Positions 41,638 through 50,997 of a stretch of 64,000 nt of DNA are shown piece by piece. Source of the stretch: an uncultured Bacilli bacterium (GTDB lineage Bacteria > Bacillota_I > Bacilli_A > RF39 > UBA660); assembly GCA_934098435.1 (NCBI GenBank), contig CAKOOV010000004.1, forward strand, positions 26,096 to 90,095, in the 5' to 3' direction. The translations under genes were made by a program, and so were the position numbers. The notes beneath the pieces are model-generated. The model was not told the origin of the DNA. It saw only the letters and a list, made by a program, of their open reading frames with translations, and did no database searches. Position 1 is the stretch's first letter, and each line of letters begins with the position of its first letter.

Positions 41638-43276
41638 GCATAACTGTTATTATCATTGGTTTGTTACCTGTTTCTTTTATTAAGTATTTAGATAATTCGT
41701 CTCTAATTATATTTTTTACTTTGTTGTATTCGATATATTTTACTGATTTGGTATTCTTTATTATTATATCTTCGGATATTTTCTTTATTTCGTTTATTAA
41801 TTCATATGAATCTCTTACATAGACAAAACCTCTTGTTAATACTTCTGGTCCAGATATTATCTCTTTTGTTTGTTTATTTAATGTTACGGATATTATCATT
41901 ATACCGTTATCTGATAACATTTCTCTATCTTTTAATACTACTTCGCCAATATCATCTGATGAGTTTCCATCTATTAAAATAGATCCTGACGGTACCTTCT
42001 CAAAGGTATCTTTTAAAATACCATTTTCGATAGTTACAACATCGCCATTTTCTTTAAGTAATATATTTTCACTTGGTATACCCGCTAAAGAAGCAATATT
42101 AGCATTTTGAACTTGATTCTTATACTCTCCTCTTATTGGAAAATAGTATTTTGGATTCATTAAATCTATCATTGTCATTAAATCTTCTGATGAAGCATGA
42201 TGTGATAGATATTTTTTAGGGGATAATGTTACTACTTCTGCTCCAGTCTTAGATAATTCGTCTAATAAATGATAGTATGTTTTTTCTCTATTTTCATAGA
42301 TTGGTGTTGCTAAGAAGACGGTATCTTCTTCATTTAATTTTATAAATTTATCATAGCCATTAGCTATTTTCATAATGTTATAGTATGGTTTTTCTTTCTC
42401 ATTAGCATTTAATATTACAACGTTTTTATCATTTATATTTGATAAGTCTCCTATTATTTTTTTGTTAATAGTTAAGTATTTGTTTTCTAAAGCTGTATCT
42501 ATTATACTTTTTAGTCTTTTACCCATGATTACAACTTTTCTATTTGTTTTTTCTACTTCACTAAATAATTCTTGAATTCGATATAAATGGGTATCTGTTA
42601 CGTTAAATATTATTCTTCCTTCACTGGTATTTAGCACCTCTCTAATTAGAGTACTTATACGATGCTTAGGAGATGTGAATCCTTCTTTATCAGCATAGCA
42701 TGATTCGGTAAGTAGACATAAGACATTTTGTTTTCCTATATAGGCTAATTTTCCTATATCTGTCTTATATGGTCCTTTCATTATTGGATCGATAACGAAG
42801 TCTGATGCATAAAATATTACGCCATCTTTGGTATATATGGCATAACCAAAGTTATCAGGAGATGAATGTGATAATGACACAGGAAATATTTTTACTCCTT
42901 TGATATCTATAGGAATATAAGCTTTTATTTCTTTTAAATTATTTGTACTTATATGATATGTTTCAAATTCTTTTCTTACGACATCTATTGTATATTTTGA
43001 ACCATATACTGGGACATCTCCTAATTCAGGGACAATGTCTGATAATGCTCCGATATTTTCATCATGAGCGTGTGTTAGAAAAATTCCTTTTATTCTTTTT
43101 TTATTTTCTTTTAAATAACTTATATTTGGTATTATATAATCAATACCTAATGTCATTTCATCGGCATATTTTAATCCGGCTTCAAAGACAAAGATATTTT
43201 TATCTATTTCGATAACAAACATATTTTTTCCGTTTTCATCTAGTCCTCCTAATGAAAACATTTTTATTTTACTCAA
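41627..43276 (-). CDS. rnj: Ribonuclease J family protein (J2-like; motif II non-canonical)
   Basis: Metallo-beta-lactamase/beta-CASP layout starting KIKMFSLGGLDENGKNMFVIE. Motif II reads THAHDEN instead of HxHxDH. TTG 43276 sits behind AAAGGAGAA. Confidence 0.85.
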   Translation of the reverse strand: MSKIKMFSLGGLDENGKNMFVIEIDKNIFVFEAGLKYADEMTLGIDYIIPNISYLKENKKRIKGIFLTHAHDENIGALSDIVPELGDVPVYGSKYTIDVVRKEFETYHISTNNLKEIKAYIPIDIKGVKIFPVSLSHSSPDNFGYAIYTKDGVIFYASDFVIDPIMKGPYKTDIGKLAYIGKQNVLCLLTESCYADKEGFTSPKHRISTLIREVLNTSEGRIIFNVTDTHLYRIQELFSEVEKTNRKVVIMGKRLKSIIDTALENKYLTINKKIIGDLSNINDKNVVILNANEKEKPYYNIMKIANGYDKFIKLNEEDTVFLATPIYENREKTYYHLLDELSKTGAEVVTLSPKKYLSHHASSEDLMTMIDLMNPKYYFPIRGEYKNQVQNANIASLAGIPSENILLKENGDVVTIENGILKDTFEKVPSGSILIDGNSSDDIGEVVLKDREMLSDNGIMIISVTLNKQTKEIISGPEVLTRGFVYVRDSYELINEIKKISEDIIIKNTKSVKYIEYNKVKNIIRDELSKYLIKETGNKPMIITVMQEI

Positions 43277-43378
43277 TTTTATTTCTCCTTTCTTTACAAG
43301 TAAAAGACCTTTATAATTATAGCAAAAAAATGAAAAAAGTGCAAGAGGCATGTGTTTTGTTTGCCTAATGCACTATTT

Positions 43379-43672
43379 TTATTTTCTTTTTATTCTTTTC
43401 TTGACTTTATCTTTACTTCTTATAATCTTATTTACTGGATATGTATATGTTTTTGTGTCTTTGATTGTTCCACTAATGGTTTTGATGTTTTTATTACTAT
43501 ATTGGTTATTATGAATACTTGTATTTAATAATAAGGTTATGGCCGCTAAGGAAGTGGATGTTAATAATGTAATGAGTGGTGGTATATTTATATATAACAT
43601 TAATATTGTAATAATTAAAAAGATTAGTATTGGTATGATGGTATTATATATTTTATTTATTAGTTTTTTCAT
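43379..43672 (-). CDS. Small membrane protein
   Basis: Two hydrophobic segments and a basic tail. Confidence 0.5.
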   Translation of the reverse strand: MKKLINKIYNTIIPILIFLIITILMLYINIPPLITLLTSTSLAAITLLLNTSIHNNQYSNKNIKTISGTIKDTKTYTYPVNKIIRSKDKVKKRIKRK

Positions 43673-43715
43673 AATGTACCTCTAATAATATATATGATTA
43701 TAGGTTTTAAGGTAT

Positions 43716-43739
43716 GAAAAAAGAGGAATTGTTCCTCTT
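43716..43739 (-). terminator. Intrinsic terminator of alaS
   Basis: AAGAGGAA-ttg-TTCCTCTT followed by TTTT on the minus strand. Confidence 0.8.
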
Positions 43740-46434
43740 ATAAAGTATTTATTTGCTCTTTTACATTCATTAAGATTTTACTTACGATAGTGGCATCTGT
43801 TCCTCCGCCTTGGGCAAAGGACTTATTACCTCCTCCATTTCCTCCTGAACGTACTGATAAATCTTTTACTATTTCACCACAGTTAATACGATTTGATGTT
43901 GCTTTTGCTATATAATTAACTGAGTTATTTTCATTTACATTGGCTAATAGTACAAAATTATTATCTCCTATTTGATTACTCAAGGCCGAAGCTATTTGTT
44001 TTAATGATGTTATATCATAGCCATTAGTTATTGTTATTATTGTTGTTATTCCATTTATTTCTTCTTTTATTTCTAAGAAACTTGATAAATCACTTACTGA
44101 TTTTTCACTTTTTTTAGTAGTAAAGTCTTTCTCTAATTTCTTTAGTGATTCTCTTAATGTTTCTAATTCGTTTTTATTTATAACTATATCTCTGTAACTA
44201 GTTGGAATATCATTATTAATATTAAAGTTAAAGTTTAATTCAATATCTAATTCTTTAGCGGCATTTATTATTTTTTTTGCTTTATCTAATAATTTGATCA
44301 TTTCATCGTTGTATTTTTTTATTTCTTCTTCAAGAACTTTAGGGATATTTGCGTCTGTTGTTCCAATTATACGATAAGTATCCGCTCCTTTATTTTCTAC
44401 TATAGCAATAGCGAATTTATTTATATCTTTAGTATTTGATACATGAGTACCTGCGCATAATTCAATAGAGGGGCCTAGTGTTACTACTCTTACGGTACTA
44501 CCATATTTATCGTTAAATAAAGCCATGGCACCTTTTTCTTTTGCTTCTTTGATATTCATATATTCTATATTTGTTTCATAGCCCGCTTGTATTTTCTCGT
44601 TTACTAGATTTTCTACTTTTAGTATTAGTTCATCTGATAGTTTTCCTTGGTAAGTGAAATCAAAACGTAAACTTTCTTCATCTACTTTGGATCCTGCTTG
44701 ATGAACGGCATCTCCTAATAACTCTTGAAGGCTTTTTTGAAGTAAATGTGCTGCTGAATGATTCTTCATGATAGCTAATCTTTTTTCTTTAGATACATGG
44801 GTTAGTATTTTATCACCTTTATTTATTGTTCCTTCTAATACTTTAACTTCTAGTAAGTGTTGGCCATTTGGTGCTTTGATGACATTTGTTACTTCTAATT
44901 TACATTTATCATTTTTTAAATATCCTGAGTCTGATATTTGGCCACCGCTTTCGGCATAGAATGGATTTTCTTTTAAGAATATATAGCAGTCTTCACTACA
45001 TGTGTCTACAAAGCTATTATCTTTCATGATGGCTAGTACTTCTGTTTCTAATCCTAATTTATCATATCCGACAAACTTACTTTCTTCTTTATAATTTATT
45101 AATAATTCATTTTGAAGATTCATACTACTAATTAGTTTTCTATTTTTACGAGCTAACTCTTTTTGAGCGTTCATATAGGCTTTAAACTCTTCTTTATCTA
45201 CAGTAAATCCTTTTTCCATAGCGGCTTCTTCTGTTAGTTCTATTGGATATCCATATGTATCATATAATTTAAAGGCATCTTTACCACTAATAACTTTATT
45301 TTTGTTTTTGAATAGTTCTTCTAATTTCTTTTCTCCTGATAATAGGGTTTTTTGGAATAGTAATTCTTCTTTAGATATTAGTTCTTTTACCTTTGGCATT
45401 GTTCCTACTAATTCTGGATATATTTCTTTGTAGTTATCCACTACTACATCTACTAATGGTGATAGAAATTCTTTATTTATATTTAGTTTTCTACCCATTC
45501 TTGAGGCTCTTCTTAATAGTCTTCTTAATACATATCCTCTTCCTACGTTTTCAAATACTGCTCCATCTGATAAAGCAAATGTTAAAGTTCTTATATGATC
45601 TGCTATTACTTTGAACTGCATTTGACCATTATATGGAATGTTACATATTTCTTCTATTTTATGCATTATTGGCATAAATAAATCTGTTTCATAGTTTGTT
45701 TCTGTCTCCTGCATTATGCATGCTACTCTTTCTACACCCATACCAGTATCTATGTTTTTATGTGGTAACTCTGGATATTCTTCTCTTGATAGTCCTTCAG
45801 TAGCGTTAAATTGGCTTAATACGTTGTTCCATATTTCTATATAACGATCGTTTTCTTCTTCGTTTTGAAGCATGGATATGCCTCTTTTTTGTTTATCATA
45901 TTTTTCTCCTCTATCATAGAAGATTTCGGTATCTGGGCCTGATGGACCTGGTCCTATTTCCCAAAAGTTTGTATCTAGTTTTATTAGATGTGATGGTTTT
46001 ACTCCTAATGACAACCATATATTATATGTCTCTTCGTCATGAGTATATACTGTTATGTATAATTTGTCTTTATCCATTGCAAAATATTTCGGACTTGTTA
46101 ATAATTCCCAAGCCCAAGGAAGAGCTTCTTTTTTAAAATAATCGCCGATACTAAAATTACCTAACATTTGGAAGAATGTATGATGTCTAGCTGTTTTTCC
46201 TACTTCTTCAATATCACCAGTTCTAATACATTTTTGGCAACTTACTAGTCTTTTGTTTTTTGGTACTACTGTTCCATCAAAGTATTTTTTCAGTGGTGTT
46301 ACACCAGCATTTATCCATAATACTGTTGGATCATTTTGTGGAATTAATGATGCTGATTCTATATATGTATGCCCTCTTTCTACAAAAAAGTCTATGTATG
46401 TTTTTATTATTTCATTTCCTGTTAACTTTTTCAT
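43738..46434 (-). CDS. alaS: Alanine--tRNA ligase
   Basis: RHHTFFQMLGNFSIGDYFK, editing-domain HSAAHLL, C-terminal DHHA1-like GGGGNKSFAQGGG. Confidence 0.97.
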   Translation of the reverse strand: MKKLTGNEIIKTYIDFFVERGHTYIESASLIPQNDPTVLWINAGVTPLKKYFDGTVVPKNKRLVSCQKCIRTGDIEEVGKTARHHTFFQMLGNFSIGDYFKKEALPWAWELLTSPKYFAMDKDKLYITVYTHDEETYNIWLSLGVKPSHLIKLDTNFWEIGPGPSGPDTEIFYDRGEKYDKQKRGISMLQNEEENDRYIEIWNNVLSQFNATEGLSREEYPELPHKNIDTGMGVERVACIMQETETNYETDLFMPIMHKIEEICNIPYNGQMQFKVIADHIRTLTFALSDGAVFENVGRGYVLRRLLRRASRMGRKLNINKEFLSPLVDVVVDNYKEIYPELVGTMPKVKELISKEELLFQKTLLSGEKKLEELFKNKNKVISGKDAFKLYDTYGYPIELTEEAAMEKGFTVDKEEFKAYMNAQKELARKNRKLISSMNLQNELLINYKEESKFVGYDKLGLETEVLAIMKDNSFVDTCSEDCYIFLKENPFYAESGGQISDSGYLKNDKCKLEVTNVIKAPNGQHLLEVKVLEGTINKGDKILTHVSKEKRLAIMKNHSAAHLLQKSLQELLGDAVHQAGSKVDEESLRFDFTYQGKLSDELILKVENLVNEKIQAGYETNIEYMNIKEAKEKGAMALFNDKYGSTVRVVTLGPSIELCAGTHVSNTKDINKFAIAIVENKGADTYRIIGTTDANIPKVLEEEIKKYNDEMIKLLDKAKKIINAAKELDIELNFNFNINNDIPTSYRDIVINKNELETLRESLKKLEKDFTTKKSEKSVSDLSSFLEIKEEINGITTIITITNGYDITSLKQIASALSNQIGDNNFVLLANVNENNSVNYIAKATSNRINCGEIVKDLSVRSGGNGGGNKSFAQGGGTDATIVSKILMNVKEQINTL

Positions 46435-47006
46435 TTTGTCTCCTCCTTATATATTTTATATATATCTTTTTCTAATTGTTCTAATGTATCATTAGTTACT
46501 TCATAATCAAAATTGGTATAATTGTCCATAGCAGTTTCTGTTATATGGCTTTGTTGATTTGAAGATAAATCTGATTCAAAATTTATTCTATTTATGTGGA
46601 TGGCCACTACATTATCAAATTTTACTTTAACACTATCTATTTCTTTTGGTAATCTTATATCAGGAACTATTATAGCATCATAAAAATATGAATATATTTC
46701 TATATCATCTAATTGTCTTTCTATCAACATATCAGCTTTATTTAGCTTATTTCTAATAACATCAGTTCCTAATTCCTGCAACAACTGTCTTGGTTTTGTT
46801 TCTTCTTTGCCATCCCAACCAGTCATTTCACTAGCATAAAATTTTATATATTTTCCTGCTCTAGAGTATATTACTTTTTTTCCATCAGCTTCATAAAATT
46901 TTTTTAAGAATTCCGCGGTAGTATCCTTACCATTTCTTGCCTTTCCACTTAATAAGTATATTTTTGGATGTTTATTTGTTATTTCCATATTTACCAGACC
47001 TTTCAT
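46431..47006 (-). CDS. P-loop kinase, dNMP-kinase-like
   Basis: Walker A LLSGKARNGKDT. The stop overlaps the alaS ATG (ATGA). The true start may be ATG 46988 (MEITNK). Confidence 0.6.
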   Translation of the reverse strand: MKGLVNMEITNKHPKIYLLSGKARNGKDTTAEFLKKFYEADGKKVIYSRAGKYIKFYASEMTGWDGKEETKPRQLLQELGTDVIRNKLNKADMLIERQLDDIEIYSYFYDAIIVPDIRLPKEIDSVKVKFDNVVAIHINRINFESDLSSNQQSHITETAMDNYTNFDYEVTNDTLEQLEKDIYKIYKEETK

Positions 47007-47199
47007 ATTTCTTTTTTATTATACCAAATTATGACAAAGAAGTAAATTATTTTTATTTATTTAACTATTATTTACTTTACTTATCTTGACACTATTATCT
47101 TTGTACTTACTATGGTTTAGTATTTTTATTTAAAATGTTATATTTTTTTCTTTACCAAGTTATACTTAAATGGTATAATGAAAATATGAGGTGGCCAAT

Positions 47200-48138
47200 A
47201 TGAATAAAAAGAATAAATATGGTAAGGCTATATTAGTTACTGGCTTTATTGCAATTGTTGTGGTTACAATTTGTGCTTTTCAAAAGGATAAAATTGTTTA
47301 TAAATATTATGAATATACAATAGATAAGAAATATTCTAAAATTAATATTAATGACTATTATAAAGATGATAATTTTAATTATGTTGATGATTATACTGAA
47401 AGTGGAATTAAGAACAGAAATGATTTAATAAATTCTATTTACTATGCTATTAATAGTGGTACTGATTATATTGAAAGATATATTGATAGTGATTATACTA
47501 ATTATATTAATGATATTAATACATTAACTGCTTATAATGGTGCTGAATTTAAAAAGGTTATTTCAACTCTTAATAATTTTGTTCATCCTTATAATAGTTC
47601 TAATAATGTTAAAATTAGTTATGGTGGGGATTATAAAATAGGTATTACTATTAATAGGGCCTATACGCAAGATGAAATTAATGAAATTAATAATAAGGTT
47701 GATAAAATACTTAGTGAAAATGTAAATAATAATATGCCCCCTAAAGAAAAAATTAGAGTTATTCATGATTATATTATTGATCATACTGAATATGATAAGC
47801 TTAAATATGAAAATAAAAATGATGATACTTATAAATCTAATACTGCTTATGGTGTTTTAATCGAAGGATATGGTACCTGCAACGGATATGCTGATGCTAT
47901 GGAAATATTCTTGGATAAAATGAATATTATTAATTATAAAATTAGTAATGAAGAACATATTTGGAATTTGGTTTATTTAGATGGTAAATGGTATCATTTG
48001 GATCTTACTTGGGATGATCCTATTAGTGATATTAATATTAATAGAGATACTTACTTTTTGATTAGTACTAAGACATTAGAAAAAATTAATGATGGTACGC
48101 ATACTTTTGATAAAAATATATATAGCGAAGCTGTTTAG
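47200..48138 (+). CDS. Membrane-anchored transglutaminase-like cysteine protease-fold protein
   Basis: GYGTCNGYADAM (Cys), HIWNLVYLDGKWYHLDLTWDD (His/Asp). ATG 47200 sits behind GAGGTGG. Confidence 0.8.
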   Translation: MNKKNKYGKAILVTGFIAIVVVTICAFQKDKIVYKYYEYTIDKKYSKININDYYKDDNFNYVDDYTESGIKNRNDLINSIYYAINSGTDYIERYIDSDYTNYINDINTLTAYNGAEFKKVISTLNNFVHPYNSSNNVKISYGGDYKIGITINRAYTQDEINEINNKVDKILSENVNNNMPPKEKIRVIHDYIIDHTEYDKLKYENKNDDTYKSNTAYGVLIEGYGTCNGYADAMEIFLDKMNIINYKISNEEHIWNLVYLDGKWYHLDLTWDDPISDININRDTYFLISTKTLEKINDGTHTFDKNIYSEAV

Positions 48139-48788
48139 GGCTCCGCTAATTTTTTTATTATAAAGAATAATGCTCCTAATAAAGCACATAACATATCTTC
48201 CATGGTATCGTATAATCCTATATCTATATAGCCACCATATTCTTGCATAAAATCTATATTATTTATATAAAGAGAATTTATTTCTTTTTTTACGGCTTTA
48301 TTTTTGTCTTGTGAAAATAGTGTTGATGTTATACTTGTTACAATAGTATCTTTTTGCATATCTTTATTAAATACATTATCAATGGTAAATTCTGTTATTT
48401 CCCATAAGGCCGCTACGGCCATAGATAGTAATAGGGAAAATATTATTACTAACTTGTTATTATTATCTTTAGTTAATCTTTTTAGTATATATATTGATAA
48501 TGATGCTACTATAAATGAGCTTAGGGTATGCATTATATCATCATAATACCATACTTTATTATATATGTTATGTATTTCTCCTAATACTTCTGTTCCTATA
48601 ATAAATATATATATTAGTAATTGTAATTTATATGGTATTTCTAATTTTTTTGTAATATAATCCGCTAAAAATAATAGAAATAATGTAAATAATGATAAAA
48701 AAATAGTAGTTAAATTGAAGTTCAGTAGTGCTATTACTAATTCAACAATAACTGCTATTTTTATTATATTTAGTATTTTATTTTTCAT
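48135..48788 (-). CDS. Multi-pass membrane protein
   Basis: About 6 hydrophobic segments. ATG 48788 sits behind AGGTGAG. Confidence 0.6.
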   Translation of the reverse strand: MKNKILNIIKIAVIVELVIALLNFNLTTIFLSLFTLFLLFLADYITKKLEIPYKLQLLIYIFIIGTEVLGEIHNIYNKVWYYDDIMHTLSSFIVASLSIYILKRLTKDNNNKLVIIFSLLLSMAVAALWEITEFTIDNVFNKDMQKDTIVTSITSTLFSQDKNKAVKKEINSLYINNIDFMQEYGGYIDIGLYDTMEDMLCALLGALFFIIKKLAEP

Positions 48789-48829
48789 ATACTCACCTAT
48801 CATAAGTATATGATATTTATTTTTTTATA

Positions 48830-49552
48830 TTATTTGTTTTCTTTATCATTTATTTTAGGTAATGAACTAAAGTCATTATCTAAAATACGGAAACTATTTT
48901 GATATATTACTTTATCAAGTGTAACATCTATTTTGTAATAATCATTTGAAACTATTACATTTTCATCAGTTAAATCTATTTTTCCATAATTATCATTTGC
49001 TTTATCATAATATTCTAATAGACTTTGATATGAACAGTTTAAATATGACATTGGACTTAATTCTATCTTTTGACTACCAACTTCAATAGTGGTAGCTTCA
49101 GGGAAAAAGTATAGGTCAATACCATCATAATAAAAGGCATGATCTTGAGGGGTATTTATATTTTTTTGATTTAGATAATATAAATTATTTTTTTTATATA
49201 CTTCCGCTAAAGATGATATGCTATATACTTCGTCTTTTATTGGAAATATTATTGACATTGCTTTAGGGAATATTACATTATCTTTACCTTTTATGTATAT
49301 TGGTATGCTACTTAAATTTACTACTTCATCTTTGGGTTCATACTTTAATATAACATTTTTTTTGTTACGGGATATTTTTGCTTTATATTCTAACTTTAAA
49401 CCGGAAAAATATTGATATACATCTACTTCTTCTGTTTTGGCATATCTATTATTTTTATATTCTCTAGTATATAGGAATACCGCTATTAAAATAACTATAA
49501 TAAGAAATACTGGTATTAATATGTTATATTTTTCTTTTATGAATTGTTTCAT
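48830..49552 (-). CDS. N-terminally anchored extracytoplasmic protein (third gene of the surface-protein operon)
   Basis: TM ILIPVFLIIVILIAVFLY; 12-nt gap to the upstream gene. Confidence 0.65.
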   Translation of the reverse strand: MKQFIKEKYNILIPVFLIIVILIAVFLYTREYKNNRYAKTEEVDVYQYFSGLKLEYKAKISRNKKNVILKYEPKDEVVNLSSIPIYIKGKDNVIFPKAMSIIFPIKDEVYSISSLAEVYKKNNLYYLNQKNINTPQDHAFYYDGIDLYFFPEATTIEVGSQKIELSPMSYLNCSYQSLLEYYDKANDNYGKIDLTDENVIVSNDYYKIDVTLDKVIYQNSFRILDNDFSSLPKINDKENK

Positions 49553-49564
49553 TTTTTCACCTTC

Positions 49565-50983
49565 TTAATATCTAAATTTATAGTTAGAACTTAAATCTTT
49601 GATTATTATTCCATTTGATTTTATATTTGTTAAACTTAGAGATATGGAATCTTCTTCTTGTAGTCCTGTAATTGGTGCATGTCCTACTGTATTTCCGTTT
49701 AATGTTATTTCATCTGATGATACTACTTCACCATTCTTTGTTATGGTTAATGTACCTTTATTTAATGGATAACTATTATCTGTTGTAATTAGATAATCTA
49801 TTCCATCTTTGCTGGTTCTTGTTACTTTTAATGATACTTGTGGTTTTTTAGTAGTTATATTAACTTTATCAAATGTTTCAACGTGCATCTGATTTTCATC
49901 ATCTATATAACTATATTTAAATGTTAATTCATAATTTGTATTTGGAAATACATCATTGCTTATTTCATATGATGTTGAACCACTATTTAAATATATGGTA
50001 TCAATATTACTTGAATTTTCTTTTTTTACTTCCATATATACTGATGAATATTCTTTTTTAGGATCATATATTACATAATCAACACTAATTTTATTTACAG
50101 TACTTGTTACCGCTATGACGGATGTTCTTTTAGTAGCTTTCTTTATTTCTTCAATAACTACATTATTTTTACCTGTATTACCTTCGCTACCATTGCCACC
50201 ATTAGTGGTATTATTTCCATTAGCTATACTATTGTCAGTTACACCAGTTACACCATTATTAGCAGTTGTATTGCTTTCAGATGAGTTTCCTTTATTATTA
50301 TCTTCTTCTGGTATTAAATCTTCTTTAGTATAGGTATTAGAAGATCCTATTATTTTCTTTAAATCTATTTTATCGCTACCATATACTAATATTTCATTTG
50401 CTATATCAAATGTGTAATTTGATGTTACGATGGTAGTGGCAGAGAATGTTTTTAGATTTACTTTGTGATTTGTAAGTGTTGCATTTCCTACTTTATCTAG
50501 ATCTATCATTAGAAAGTCGGTTGTTGTTAATAATCCATCCGCTGATTTTATTTCTTTATCTACTACTAAATATTTACGATCTTCTAATTTATAGAATTTT
50601 GTTAGGGCTGTACTTTTTATTGTTGTTTCGCCACTGGTTATATTTATTTCATCGCCACTACTAATTTCATAATATTTTCCATAAAGCTTTAAAACTCCTG
50701 TGTCTTCATTATATGTAATAGCGGTATTGCCTAATTCGGTACTTATTTTATCTTGAATTAGATAATATTTTTTATTCCATTTGGTCTTTATAACTGCTGG
50801 TTTTTCTGTTTTTATTATGGTTTTGTCTTTATCAAATACTAATGTTTTTTCTTCTACTTTATATTCGTTTTTATCTCGTGATAAAAATAGGTTGATAACT
50901 AGAGAAAACATGACAATTATCAGTGCTGAAATTACTAATATTATGCCTATATTTCTCTTGTTTTTTTTATCATATTTTCTCAT
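49565..50983 (-). CDS. N-terminally anchored beta-rich surface protein with an FN3/Ig-like C-terminal region
   Basis: TM IGIILVISALIIVMFSLVINLFL, a Gly/Asn/Thr linker, and the FN3-like hallmark FPNTNYELTFKYSYID. Confidence 0.65.
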   Translation of the reverse strand: MRKYDKKNKRNIGIILVISALIIVMFSLVINLFLSRDKNEYKVEEKTLVFDKDKTIIKTEKPAVIKTKWNKKYYLIQDKISTELGNTAITYNEDTGVLKLYGKYYEISSGDEINITSGETTIKSTALTKFYKLEDRKYLVVDKEIKSADGLLTTTDFLMIDLDKVGNATLTNHKVNLKTFSATTIVTSNYTFDIANEILVYGSDKIDLKKIIGSSNTYTKEDLIPEEDNNKGNSSESNTTANNGVTGVTDNSIANGNNTTNGGNGSEGNTGKNNVVIEEIKKATKRTSVIAVTSTVNKISVDYVIYDPKKEYSSVYMEVKKENSSNIDTIYLNSGSTSYEISNDVFPNTNYELTFKYSYIDDENQMHVETFDKVNITTKKPQVSLKVTRTSKDGIDYLITTDNSYPLNKGTLTITKNGEVVSSDEITLNGNTVGHAPITGLQEEDSISLSLTNIKSNGIIIKDLSSNYKFRY

Positions 50984-50997
50984 TTATATCATCCTTT

